Assembly (NCBI GenBank): GCA_964035545.1
Contig: OZ037765.1
Coordinates: 744,001 to 808,000, forward strand
Source: Bugula neritina
Taxonomy: Eukaryota; Animalia; Bryozoa
DNA length: 64,000 bases
Direction: 5' to 3'
A model generated the notes under the pieces. It was not told the DNA's origin. It made no database searches and saw only the letters and a list, made by a program, of their open reading frames with translations. Position 1 is the stretch's first letter; each line of letters opens with the position of its first letter. Positions 54,501-63,973 of this stretch are shown here, one piece after another. Made by a program: the position numbers and the translations under genes.

Positions 54501-56147
54501 GGCGGTTGCGTGTTCACGCCCCACAACATTTCATCAACGTATTCTGCCCTTGCGGCAAATACTCCTACCAGCGGGATTATGTGCTGCGCCACCAGCGCAT
54601 CTCGCGCTGCCACCCAGGTCACGTGTTCACCGTGGATCAGGCCACATTTCCGGAGTTCCGGGACCTCATCCTGCCGCACGTCGCGGACCCCCACAAGCGT
54701 GCCACCCTCGGCCAAGGGTTTCCGGCGTGCAGAGCAATTCAAGAAGAAGACGGAGAACCCGCCGCCGCCCTCCAACCAGCAGCCACCCAGCCTCTTCGGG
54801 TCATGCTGACAAGGGTCGGGGATGGTGCCAGACCCGGTACATCGGACCTGGACCCCCGCTCCTCGGCGGCAAGCAGACACCACCCAGAGCGCAGACAACA
54901 CCCGGAGCGCAACACACTCCGCTCCCGACCGCAACTAGAAGAGGAGGTGCGCCACTTACGGCGCCGCGTGGCACGGTGTGAGGAAGATCTGACACAATTG
55001 CGACGACGACTGATCCGGCTGGAACGACGTCAGACCGACAACGACGATGGGACATGGAGGGAGTGAGACCCGCCTCTCCCTGACTGGTGGCATGACAATT
55101 CTCTGTTATACATATTCGTTGTCCCTTATACTATGTACTTGGTGTTTTGTTTTGTTTTGTTTCTTTGTTCTCTCTCTCTTCTGTTTTTTTTTGTTTTGTT
55201 TATTGTCTGTCTCATTGTTGTTATGTTATTATTCGCCCTTGTATCGGAAAGCACGCTTTCCGATAGGGGGTGTGTGTGATAGATTATGCCTTGGTTTGTT
55301 CTTTTGTTCAATAATGTTAATTGGGGTCCGAAATTCGGAGTTCCGAATTTCGGCTTGACCGAAGATCGGTTCCCCCGATCTTCGGGCCTGCCGAATTTCG
55401 GAGCTACCGAACTTCGGGCCACACACACAAAAGATTCTTTGTTTTATGTTCTTTTGTTCGCTGTATATAAAAGCAGGCGAGTTACGGTGTTAAGCCAGTC
55501 TACTACTGGAGCTCGCCTGGACAAGTTGACATTATTTTTCTACTATAATAAACATTTGGAACTCTACTACTTCAACCTATCTTGTTCTGCACTAAGTTAC
55601 ATTCAACCCACAAGTTTATCACATTCTGAAAGAAAACACTCAACCAATGACCATATGCATGCTTTTATAAAAATATCATTCAATAACTGTGAATTAATTT
55701 CGAATTATCTGCTGCACTAAAAGGAATAAAATGTAAATAAATTCTACCTACTAGTAGACAATGTTCAACAAGTACTAGCTGTTTGTTGCGTTTCCCAATA
55801 TTAACTATTATAATTCTAGCTAGCATTTAATAATATTTTCCAAATTATATACATAACCATGATGTGTCATATATAATAAAAGGGTATATCCTGTAGAGTC
55901 CGTTGACTGAAGAATACATTGTTGACTGTTTACCAACCAAACAGCAGACCTTGAGCATCATGATTGTGACTAAACTGTTGAGTGACAGGGGCACCAACGA
56001 ACTCACTAACTTTGAGATGCAGTACGCCTACGATCCCATCACACTGGGAGCTCTTAAACAGTGAGAGATAACTTTTATTATGAGTATATAGTCACTCAGT
56101 ATATAGTCATATCAAATATATTTTATGTAGTACATATAGTAGAGTCA

Positions 56148-56238
<91 letters not shown>

Positions 56239-56494
56239 TTATATATAGTCATCCAGTATATAGTAGATATAGTATAGAATTGACTCAGTATATTTAGTCA
56301 CCCAGTTTTTAATCATAACCTCTTCAGTTTTACTAAAACCTGCTCATCATATCAAATGCTTGTTTCTACTAATTGTCAGACTGAAAGAAGACCTGAAGAA
56401 GATCTCAACTACTATTGCCAGTAGAAATTCCAAGAGAGTGAGAAAGTACACTTACCTGCACCCCTCTGAAATACCGAATGCTATTAGCATCTAG
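40519..56494 (+). CDS. Polyunsaturated fatty acid lipoxygenase (PLAT + catalytic domain, ALOX5/coral LOX-like); ~16 coding exons, intron ~47462-55896 holds the Gypsy element
   Basis: PLAT: [17 protein letters not shown]...[11 protein letters not shown]; [17 protein letters not shown]; [27 protein letters not shown]...[10 protein letters not shown]; [10 protein letters not shown]; [10 protein letters not shown]; ends [10 protein letters not shown] with the terminal Ile iron ligand. Confidence 0.93.
45055..45175. repeat. 26-bp intronic minisatellite TTGACTAATTAGATTACTAATTACTG
   Basis: Direct reading, 4-5 copies. Confidence 0.85.
45386..45612. repeat. (TG)n/(TGCG)n microsatellite with embedded copies of the adjacent donor junction CCT|GTGAGTCTG
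   Basis: True donor after 45373; exact copy cctgtgagtctg at 45529, decayed cctgtgcgtgtg at ~45559 and ~45579. Confidence 0.88.
47834..48182 (+). repeat. 5' LTR (349 bp); TATATAAA 48023-48030, AATAAA 48106-48111
   Basis: No difference from the 3' LTR seen by eye. Confidence 0.97.
47887..47976. promoter_or_regulatory. Array of six CCGA-N3-TCGG palindromes in LTR U3 (also 55328-55417)
   Basis: Starts 47887, 47902, 47918, 47934, 47950, 47966. The sequence is certain; the regulatory role is inferred from its position ~45 bp upstream of the TATA box. Confidence 0.7.
48184..48203 (+). other. Primer binding site complementary to the tRNA-Leu 3' end
   Basis: TGGTGGCAGCGGTGGGATTC is the reverse complement of GAATCCCACCGCTGCCA-CCA, the 3' end of metazoan tRNA-Leu(AAG/TAG-type); 1 nt after the LTR. 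Confidence 0.9.
48229..49134 (+). CDS. gag: Gag (301 aa) with CCHC zinc knuckle
   Basis: [17 protein letters not shown] capsid-like start; [14 protein letters not shown]. Confidence 0.93.
   Translation: MAPGGEEATPGAAATPTLTVEALVTALRQLQGTGQAPPGDRYRLSPPTFGGDGDVEQFIREFQDVATIAEWPVPVRVLQLRACLTGRAKSFALGPDEAHILRALRARFGMTSEEASDRLQALRRDRRTSLEDHANVVERLAQAAFSQATGTERQRLVYNAFFRSINHPDLQRYWMASKVGSLDEALETGKAYFQVEELQGPRFAARQVVDEETALPAKPQVAAAATKSLEQTQLTMLMDMMKGLQATVTKLQSEQADRRAPRSRDNPVCPSLLTCWGCGVQGHVRRHCPRGQGPLNTQGSR
49110..49154 (+). other. Programmed -1 ribosomal frameshift signal (T TTA AAC plus stem-loop)
   Basis: Slippery heptamer 49110-49116 in gag phase, 5-nt spacer, 11-bp stem AGGCTCACGGT/ACCGTGGGCCT; the -1 frame is open into pol. 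Confidence 0.88.
49113..53570 (+). CDS. pol: Pol polyprotein (protease, RT, RNase H, integrase with GPY/F module), reached by -1 frameshift
   Basis: FLLDTGC; WSSPVVLV...[10 protein letters not shown]...LPFGL...YLDDVIV; LDTDASD...KELLAVV; H-H-C-C and VDLVGP...HTDQGAQF...VERNNR; [10 protein letters not shown]. No internal stops. Confidence 0.97.
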   Translation, partial: KHPRLTVTSANRGPHANPIRDRTRRGEEETSTGSADTEWQRPRRSRRPQGLPDPPAVSLETRMQLEEAGWQAPRRSRRPQGLPDPPAWPLQNRFAGLPEEVVEEDSAYSQEYPKLPSRPQKTPVVSKTKRRPAVRTQVVSPPETDRSRSTQPYGSSYFLPGKISGKAATFLLDTGCTTNLLSRRLFDTLGARERASLEPYEGAHGTLADGSCIPFYGIISLPGRVRDQAIHETFIVTQLKEDAILGMPFLEKHQCHMDFQKSVVVMAGKELVCVDKFGRPLVGGVQVVRDCTVPGRSQATLRCRVNCKGIADLGVVEGTHGAIRLANSLNRLDGRQELLVQCINPFTEPVRLSAGALVGKYHSIQEADVGPALETVADTQGNPLHTRRGAVPEHMADLYDGACGNCTSSTERQVLAQLLAEYSDVFSRGDRDMGLTKVISHEIPLAAGTTPIRQPTRRLGPEKEKEVSRQVQDLLDRDLIEPAHGAWSSPVVLVKKKDGSWRFCVDYRRLNSVTIQDAYPLPRIDESLDALAGSKYFSTLDLLSGYWQVPLSPDAQDKAAFITRDGLWKWKVLPFGLTSAPATFQRLMEQVLSGLHWKTLLIYLDDVIVSSPDFSTHVSRLREVFDRLRAAGLKLKPSKCALLQPEVTYLGHVVGRDGVATDPEKVQAVKEWTVPRDLPELRAFLGLVGYYRQYIPGFAGVAQPLNRLTAKGVRWQWTQEEQQAFDHLKQRLMEAPILAYPDPAKEYILDTDASDHSVGAVLSQVQGGSEVVVAYYSKTLAAAEKNYCTTRKELLAVVKAVKHFRPYLYGRTFRLRTDHASLIWLCKRAEPSSQVARWLEILAEFSYRVEHRAGRKHGNADGMSRRPVEDCKQCLHIEKRDGGPARLDVETELGEGAVYRWEHGHLRTETHSDDVQALHANPTLYQNVKELCRLQETLPGAVADIFRAKKEGRRPSEEQQRQGDVEFQLLCRRWDALKVSPDGLLMITLAADNRQQERDRVVCPRALRRELIWDTHKQAHSGVSRVIRCLRLRWYWPGMTRDVRLRVRQCEVCQASKHGRPTETTGRRRLYAGRPWQVVAVDLVGPMPLSARGNTWILVLTDHFTRWADALAIPDATAPPVARTLDQHVFCYLGLPEQIHTDQGAQFQSQLMGDLCRIWGVNQSRTTPYHPQGNGVVERNNRMLGDALRSLLLGRGQEEWDVVLPQIMRAYRSTPHSTTQETPNFLMLGRETRVPEHLTYHVPAPESPVHEYVERLTEIMGKAHDALRAQQWQIRTEDSEEPPLYQVGDWVWMVSYRRRRGQSAKLQPKFVGPYCVVEVLANHTYRVERSGQVSVQSEQRLKPYHASPDAVGQAPPLLEPNRQPNQRGRVTRPREVEIVIRREAEQEQAALREQLEQQQRQEQQQQHAPEPPPLLGEDTPTRITGEGGDPPTVATEEQLAPPAPAPLERSQRARKPPGYLADYHIGHLGLPPQVGIHLSRAIIPP
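53648..55066 (+). CDS. ORF3: zinc-finger / coiled-coil protein in the env position (frame open from 53420; first ATG 53675)
   Basis: 472 codons without stops; C-x2-C-x12-H-x3-H ([21 protein letters not shown]), second atypical finger CPC-x12-H-x5-CH, heptad run [30 protein letters not shown], acidic N-terminal region; no signal peptide or TM segment. Confidence 0.82.
   Translation: MSELSLQNSMGIPHDRVAGKNIETRGSAICTTTNPLVTRNFKAETCNRINHKLDMGITLPGNNTTNTGISLESEPPVPESDSTVINWASLDLLESSLLTEEVDVSFGEDSLNEFLLDQDIGSVTLHDSPRLPTTHKVPYKAMPNFGDGETGLTRPLLSIVDTAMECDEVEVSRVDSPPPPAPVTAPCSSRVATDRTEVLSTMNSDPVANPVELQLAAGEEQGILCGVPSSTRAEDGDTPTLALPQALVARQSWVSRDTNQKISEACGAAGNRICRQCRRKFSSSRRLRVHAPQHFINVFCPCGKYSYQRDYVLRHQRISRCHPGHVFTVDQATFPEFRDLILPHVADPHKRATLGQGFPACRAIQEEDGEPAAALQPAATQPLRVMLTRVGDGARPGTSDLDPRSSAASRHHPERRQHPERNTLRSRPQLEEEVRHLRRRVARCEEDLTQLRRRLIRLERRQTDNDDGTWRE
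55262..55274 (+). other. Polypurine tract
   Basis: GATAGGGGGTGTG immediately before the 3' LTR. Confidence 0.75.
55275..55623 (+). repeat. 3' LTR (349 bp)
   Basis: Matches 47834-48182; followed by TSD TTCT. Confidence 0.97.
56151..56226. repeat. (TA)n microsatellite
   Basis: Direct reading. Confidence 0.95.
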
Positions 56495-57465
56495 CTATAG
56501 TTCTATACTGCTCTCTTGTCTCAGTGGATCTTGAAGAACCAACAAGTCACCTGACTGCATTCAAAGAATCAACCACCTGATTGCTAAGATGACTTCAGCA
56601 CAAGATCTTATCGTGAAAATAATTTCTACTAATTTATGTGAGAAAACAGAATGGTGACAACTTTTCCTTTTTGTAATTTTATTTTATATATAATTATGTG
56701 AAGTTTTGTTTACTTCTACTGACTGTGAATTTGCAATATGCATTTGTTGGTGATGGTTTGCTGCCATTTGATGCTTCGTTTTCAATTATCACTTTACTAT
56801 ATTTTAGTAGATTAAGCATCTCTTGCCTTTTACTTTTTACCCAAAGGTAATTTCTCACAATTCATCAACTTTTAGATATTTTTGACATAAACTTATTGCT
56901 TATTTTCAAATATATAATTTAGAAATGTTTTTTCAAACTTGCTTTCTTCATATTTTACAAAACTTTCTGCATTACGTTCGTATAAATATAAAGATGATGC
57001 TGAAGTGTCATTAAACAAATCTTAGCTCACACATACATACTGAAAGTATAAGAAAACTGTTACTTGAGCTATCATATATAGTCTCAAACTTAAGTAAAAC
57101 AAATTATGCCAAGACTGTCATTCAACTTTTGAATTGTATAAATCTTTGTCAACTTCATGTTTTGTTTTATAGTACATATGACACAGCAGAGGAGCTTGGG
57201 GCAATTTTCTAATTCTCTTGCTAATTTTCATTTGACTGATTTCACCAATGCATTCACCATACTGTAATGAACAGATACTGTATTTAGAAAGCCTATATAA
57301 AGGCTAACTTTGCTTATCTTTTATTTTTACATATCATGCTTCAATAAACTTTGGTAACAATATTATATTATTCTTTGTTTAGTGTTTGAGAGGTTAAACA
57401 TATTTCTTTGTGTGCTGAATTTGGTAAATTCTCACTATAGCTACGTTGCAGTTTATTATAAATCC

Positions 57466-60400
57466 TCAAATGTTACTCCAGAGAAAGAGTATTGGGTAGA
57501 CTACGATAGTCAGAGAAACCGTGATCTGTCTAGACACAGAGTTGGATACTTGAGCTAGAATTGTGGCAACCTCCCATTCTACCTTCACAGATTCACCTGA
57601 ACACAGACAGAAAAGTGCTGTAAAGTCAAATAGTAACGCCGGACTGGGAAGTTTATGTATAACCGTATATTATATTATATATTGCATATATCATTTATAG
57701 TGATTTTTGAATATAGATGTATTTTATGCATTGGAAATGTTATTTCTAAACTTACCATCGCCATTTGAAGAGACACAAGTTACAGTTGCTACTCCCTTCT
57801 TGAGGTTCTCAAATAATTCCTTTTCACTCATAGTAAGAGAATCAGAGATCCCGAGAGTTCTATTATCTACCTTCCATGTAAAAGTGTCAGGAGGAGGTCT
57901 AGAGGCTATGTAGTCACTACATGTCAAGGACACTGTACCAGTTGTGTTCAAGTCCAGAATCACTGTGTCAGTTTCCAGAGCCTCGATGTCTGTATGAATA
58001 ATATTTGTACATTTACAGCTAGTGCAAAAGTTTTCATGCAGTATTACATCAGAGTAAAGCAGGAATAAGCAAATGGCGCAGCAGGCCACATCAGGCCCTC
58101 CAACTGTTTTAATCGAACCCTCAGCCAATCACTAGCAATTCTAATAATCTCATCGGCTTCTTCATCTTTCACAAAATGTGTACTAAGCAACACTGGCCAA
58201 TCCTGAACATGATTCATGCATATGAGAAGATTCTGGCCAATGCATAGTTGCTGAAACTAATGATCACCCTACGCTTCAGTGAGCATAAGTACAGTAGCAT
58301 TACAACTTGAGTTGTGTGACGTTGCTGCAAAAACAATTAGCTTTTACACTTCACCAGAAACCAGTGAGAAGTACTTTACACTATAGGTAAACTGGAACTT
58401 AGAGTACGTTTGAGCATATCTGGTTATTTCTATAAATGCGAATGCATATTTTCTATCATGATCCATATAGAAATTGGTAATAGAACACAGCTAGCTCACC
58501 AATGAGCAACTGTAAGATTTGCTTGGAGTAGCAGCGTATGAACCTATATTACTAGCAGTGACGGTAGTGTTATTATGGCTACTAAAAGTGATTTTCATAC
58601 TTCTCACTAATTATAGTTATAGGCTTACTATAAGCGTACCTGCAATAAACTTTTTGCTACTTTCATGCTTAGTAAACTATACACAACTTGTTAAATTAAT
58701 AAACTGTCATATCTTTTGTATTCTGCATCTACAAGCTACATTCTGCAATTTATACTTTCAGCCCAGGAAACAATACAGCAATTGATATTTTCATTTGGTA
58801 ATGCAGCATTGCACTTTGAGTTTATGCAACCACCAAACCTGGCCCTTCTCACACCTTAAATCTTGAACTCTGGCCCCATTTAAAAGATATTTGCTTATCA
58901 CTGCATAGAGTAAAAAAAATTAGCATATGATATACTAGCTGTAAATAGAAATGCCAGTAGAGTCATCTGTTCAATTTTCATCTTTTAAATTTTAAATGTT
59001 ACTAAAACTTTATTCACTCACACTGAGGGAAAAACTCTCTCTCCACTGCTAAGTTGTTATTTTCATCTGAACACTTGACAGTAAATCCTTCTCTGTCTTT
59101 CTTCTGAGGTATGAATATTCCAGCAGATCCACTTTCACTCTTTATGTTTACTTCCTCTTTATTCAAATCTATCAACACTACAGATAAAAATATGTTTCAT
59201 CTCTGGAAACCATAGCAAAAAAAGTATTTCAACCACAAAAACTGATAAATAAAATGCTTTTTACATTGTTTTTGGCATCCCATCTGAATATAAACAGAAA
59301 TTTTTATATACGTTTGATGTATATTTACCACGTGATATGTAACTTACTGTAAGTAAAACTGGCCTATATATGCAACTTACTGTAAGTAAAACTAGCTGAA
59401 TGTTGACTTGACCTTTGACATCTCACAGTAAAATTTTTTCCTTCCACAGGAACCTGAGGTTCTGTTGTCATAGTAATATCTCCAGTAGGATCTGTTTGTG
59501 TTGTTTTCACAGTTGTTGCCCGTGTTGTACTCTCTGTTGCTGCCTGTGTTGTTCTCACAGTTGCTGTACCTGTAGTAGTTTGTGAAACATTTTTAGAAGC
59601 AACTGTTTGTGTCGTTTCCTCTGTTGTTGCAGTTTGAGAAATACCTATAGTATGTAAATATAAGAAGGTTGGTAGTTGATTGACTATAGAGAAAAATTAT
59701 TCAAATTTATTCTATATATATCCATTGTTTTATAATATGCTTTCAAAGGTCTAATTATATATAGTGAATATTTCTTGATCAACACTATCAATCCTACACT
59801 GAAGAATATGATAATCATAACACACCAGCAGCTGTACCAGATGTTCTTCCAGTTGTAGTAATGGTAGTTTGTGAAACACCTATTATATAAGTATATAAAA
59901 CAGCTTCTTTACAATAAAACAGTATTCATATATTGCTTTTACATGGTTTATTTTAATGATTTTAAATATCTAATAATGAGGGCTTCTCAATCAAATCTTT
60001 AATCAACACTAAAGATTTTGATAATCACAACTCACCAGCAGTTGAGTCAGATGCTTTTACAGTTGTAGTACTGGTAGTTTGTGAATCACCTGCATGTTAA
60101 ACAAGTGAAAATGGGGTTGGTAACTGTTTTACAAGAGAAAAACTGCTCATATTTACTTCATATAATCATTTATTGCATATATATTACTTTTTTACTTCTA
60201 AAAACCATTCTTAATCAAAACTTACGAGTAGTTGGTACAGTTGTTCTCGTAGTTGTAGTACTGGTAGTTTGTGGAGCACCTATTATTATTATATAAGTAT
60301 GAGACAGCTGCTTTACAACTCAGAGAAAAGTTAGTGATATTCGTTTTAGTAAGACTTTTACGGTATACTTAAGTGCTCACCACCATTTATTATTTTGGAG

Positions 60401-62005
60401 CATTTGTTAAATCTGAAGACAGCTTTTAGAATTTAAACCAGCAGCAAGTTGTATATCAAATCAGTTCTTTGAATGACTAGTTTCATACACAACACTGAAG
60501 TTTACTAATACTAATGAGTCATCACCACTTACCAGAAGTTGAACTATTATGATTCCAGGCCACATGCCACAATTTTGTTAGTACACTACCTAAAAACAAA
60601 TCAACTGACAATGAATTATATGAACATTTGAATGTTTGAGATGAGATGGTTCAAGGAAAGAAATCATATTTTTATTATAAAATTATTTTCTCATCATTAG
60701 TTACTGTAAGCCAGGAGTGGCTATTTGCTATTTATTAAAATCCTTATTATTATAATAACTTACGGCGCCAGTCACTTCCTTCGAACCTGCATTTCAAACC
60801 CTCTGTTGTAGTGAAATTATCTAGAGCTTTCAGTAAATATACAGTAGAATCTTGTACAAAACGACCTCTTCTGAACCATTCTATCTTAGATGGTGGTGGT
60901 CTACTATATATATATTCAGAGCAGTTTAGCAGTTTCTCCTCTGTGACGTGCAAATTCAGTACTTCTTCCTCGTTGGAAATTCCATTATAATATTTAAGAA
61001 CATCTGTTGAAATAAATTTACCATTAAACTTAAGAAACCATAAACAAATAGAGTTAGAGCTAATTGAAAACAAGCTGCATATAAAATGTCTAAATTTTAG
61101 AAACTCATTTCTTCGTGATTGTATAGAAGATGTGATATAAAACTAATGAGAATTTACCAATTCTAGACCTACAATAAATAAATTATCATTTTTAAAGCTA
61201 AAACCCAAGTTGAAGAAAAAAGAATTTGCAAAAATTTGAGCATTTCAAAATAACTTTTAGGCAATAAAAGCAATTTGTAAAAATTAAAAGAAACAATTAA
61301 TCACCAAACAAAACTTTTGACAAAAAAATCAGCAAACAACTCACGTTCCGGGCGAAATGCCTGGATAATTCTAGCAAGTGGTGTTGTAGGGTGAAAGTTT
61401 TTGTTGTGACAACTGATACTAAATCCATCTTTATCTGAGTCCTGTATTGTGTAAATTCCAATATTAGAAGTACTGTTGTCTCTCCCATTGATACCTACAG
61501 GATTCTCTCCTTCTCTTATCACTTCTGAAATATTATGTGAAATAATTCTGCTTACAGTAGGGGCAGAGTAATTACTACAACACAGGCTATTCATGCTGCT
61601 AACAAAAAACTATACCTGCTATAATAGATATTGGGAGAGTGCAGGAGACACAGCTATACAGTAACCTCACGCAGCAAGTGGGCCATGCATGTGCACACTA
61701 ATTATAATATGAAGTTGAAACTATATAAACTTCTTAGCCATGCATAATATACCCTTGTATGTAGCTAATATCTAAGAGATCTATTATAAATAGTTTACTA
61801 TACTATTCATAAATGTAGTGTATGTGGAATTTGTTAACATCTTGTACCTCTGATGAAGTAAGTAGAATATTATAAAATTATATTTGTTGTACTTACCATA
61901 CTGGTAGGGAGCAATAGGACCATCATTAGTACACTCTATCTGTATATCATCTCCTATTCTGGCCGGTTTCGGGTGGTAAGACATGGTCAACCCAGTTGGT
62001 ACTGA
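57466..62005 (-). CDS. Cell-surface protein with Ig-like domains in two related halves, Thr-rich stalk and hydrophobic (GPI-like) C-terminus; 5' end not fixed
   Basis: Exons incl. ~62002-61898, ~61505-61345, ~61005-60764, 54-nt microexons, 59644-59381, ~59180-59023, ~57989-57756, 57597-57466. Ig-like LNCSEYIYSRPPPSKIEWF...LKC and LTCSDYIASRPPPDTFTWK...VTCVSSN; ends ITVSLTIVVYPILFLWSNI*. Confidence 0.7.
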
Positions 62006-62370
62006 ACCAGAACCTTAGTTGCAGAGTTTTATGCAATTTGAAAGGTAGATGAATTGACATGCTTTCTAGCTTTAAAGTAATAATTACAAATTAGCATCTT
62101 TAGATGCAAATCAGCTATATAGGCTCATGTTTTGCTTTGTATTTATTTTAGCAAAATTATGCAGAATAAAAAACAGGTATAGAAAAATTAGAAATCTAAA
62201 CCTTATTACAAAATGCCTCAAAATTAAAAAATATTTCTGTGCTATACTTAGTGGACACAATTCTTACTAAACTCTTTGTCATAAAACCTTCATTCACACC
62301 AAGCATGGAATAATAATTGAAAAGACATTTTATAAATATTATGATACATATCTATATATCACAAGGTTTG

Positions 62371-62527
<157 letters not shown>

Positions 62528-63539
62528 ACAAACCTTGAGAGCAGGTAGAGGTTATACAACACATCAGTATACAGATTATGAAGGAGAAATATCTTCTCCT
62601 AAAACATATTAATAGTAGGTTTACTATGTCACTTATACACTGTGTCTTGTGTAGATATAGCTGCAGATCAATCTGATATTTATTATATATATTTCACACA
62701 GTGGTGGATGTAAGGGAATTATAGGTACATATAAGAGTATATTACCATGCTAAATAAAACTTATAGCAATTATAAATAGCGACTGGTTTAACACAAAGCC
62801 TGAAATAAAGCTCTACCAAACATTAAAAACTAAAAAATAGGCATTTATTCTAAGGCTACTCTAGTATAAGAAATTAACTATTGTGGTAAATATCAGAGTT
62901 ACCTCCCTTACATATACATGTCACTTCAGGAACATTAACTTATGCCTTAACGATATAGTTAATTATTTATCCAGTGACTAGTATTTTCTCTTTTGTTCTT
63001 AGTATAATACAAAACAAAACAAAACAAATTAATGTATCACCTACCTAACTGCCATTTTCTTGCGCAATGCTCCAGGCATTAACAGCTTTCAAAGTCCTAA
63101 TTATATTACTTTTTTAATGTAATTCATCTTTTGTTTATTGTATGAGCAATTTACAGTATTATTGAAAATGACAATCAAATCTCAATAATTTTAAATATGT
63201 AAAACTTTTGATATTTTAATGCCAATTTTTTTTATATATGATATAATATGATCATAAATTTCTAAAACAGCAACTACTCGTATATAATAATCGATAAAAA
63301 ATTCAGTTTTATAACAATCTAGATTATTATTAACTCAAAGGTTGCCTTTACAATTATTCTATGCATGGCTATAGTTTGTTTCTTGCACATTGTGAATTAG
63401 AAAACAAATGCAGTAATCGATAAATTAATAAAGACCAGTGTTTTAGATCAAAAAGGTATAAAAAACTATGAAGTCCTGTAAAAACCTTAAGCTTTGTGCA
63501 AAAGAAAAATTTATTCATAGCACTATAAAACTTACGCAA

Positions 63540-63738
63540 GTTTATAGTCACTATCCCTGTGAGAAACCCCTGATAGAAAGGGTTTTTGTTAAAGCGGGCT
63601 AAAAACTTATTTAAATGGGGCACAGGAGCAATTATGACTGGATGCTTTTCCTAACATCACCAATGGCCTTTGTAAGGGTTCGAACCCATGACCTTCATGT
63701 TTACTAGGCAAACGCTCTAACCCGTAGACCTCGGCTGC
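63540..63738 (-). mobile_element. tRNA-Thr(AGT)-derived SINE-like element (tRNA head ~63738-63665; 3' limit approximate)
   Basis: Minus strand reads gcagccgaggtctacgggttagagcgtttgcctAGTaaacatgaaggtcatgGGTTCGAACCC: perfect B box and Thr-type anticodon loop, but the acceptor stem does not pair. Confidence 0.6.
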
Positions 63739-63782
63739 TCAAAACACTATATGCTAGGCAAAAAAATTTCTGCATCATGCAC

Positions 63783-63811
63783 GTGAGTGTGTGAGTGTGT
63801 GTGTGTGAGTG

Positions 63812-63873
<62 letters not shown>

Positions 63874-63923
63874 AGTGTGTGTGTGAGTATGTGTGTGTGT
63901 GTGTGTGGGTGAGTGTGTGAGTG

Positions 63924-63973
<50 letters not shown>

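Larger units (their letters stand above)
47834..55623 (+). mobile_element. Full-length Ty3/Gypsy LTR retrotransposon (7790 bp) with three ORFs
   Basis: TG...CA LTRs 47834-48182 and 55275-55623, 4-bp TSD TTCT (47830-47833, 55624-55627), PBS, PPT, gag, and pol in PR-RT-RH-IN order. Confidence 0.98.

Noticed and set aside
48178-55055. Many antisense and alternate-frame ORFs within the Gypsy element
   Set aside because: Expected shadows of GC-rich coding sequence; no recognisable domains.
53648-55066. ORF3 as an envelope gene
   Set aside because: No signal peptide, fusion peptide or transmembrane segment; zinc fingers and a charged coiled coil instead.
63043-63078. First coding exon of the Ig-like gene
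   Set aside because: An ATG and donor-like site exist on the minus strand, but there is no convincing signal peptide or phase link; left unassigned.
63665-63738. Functional tRNA-Thr gene
   Set aside because: Acceptor and anticodon stems pair poorly and the A box is degenerate; better explained as a SINE head or pseudogene.
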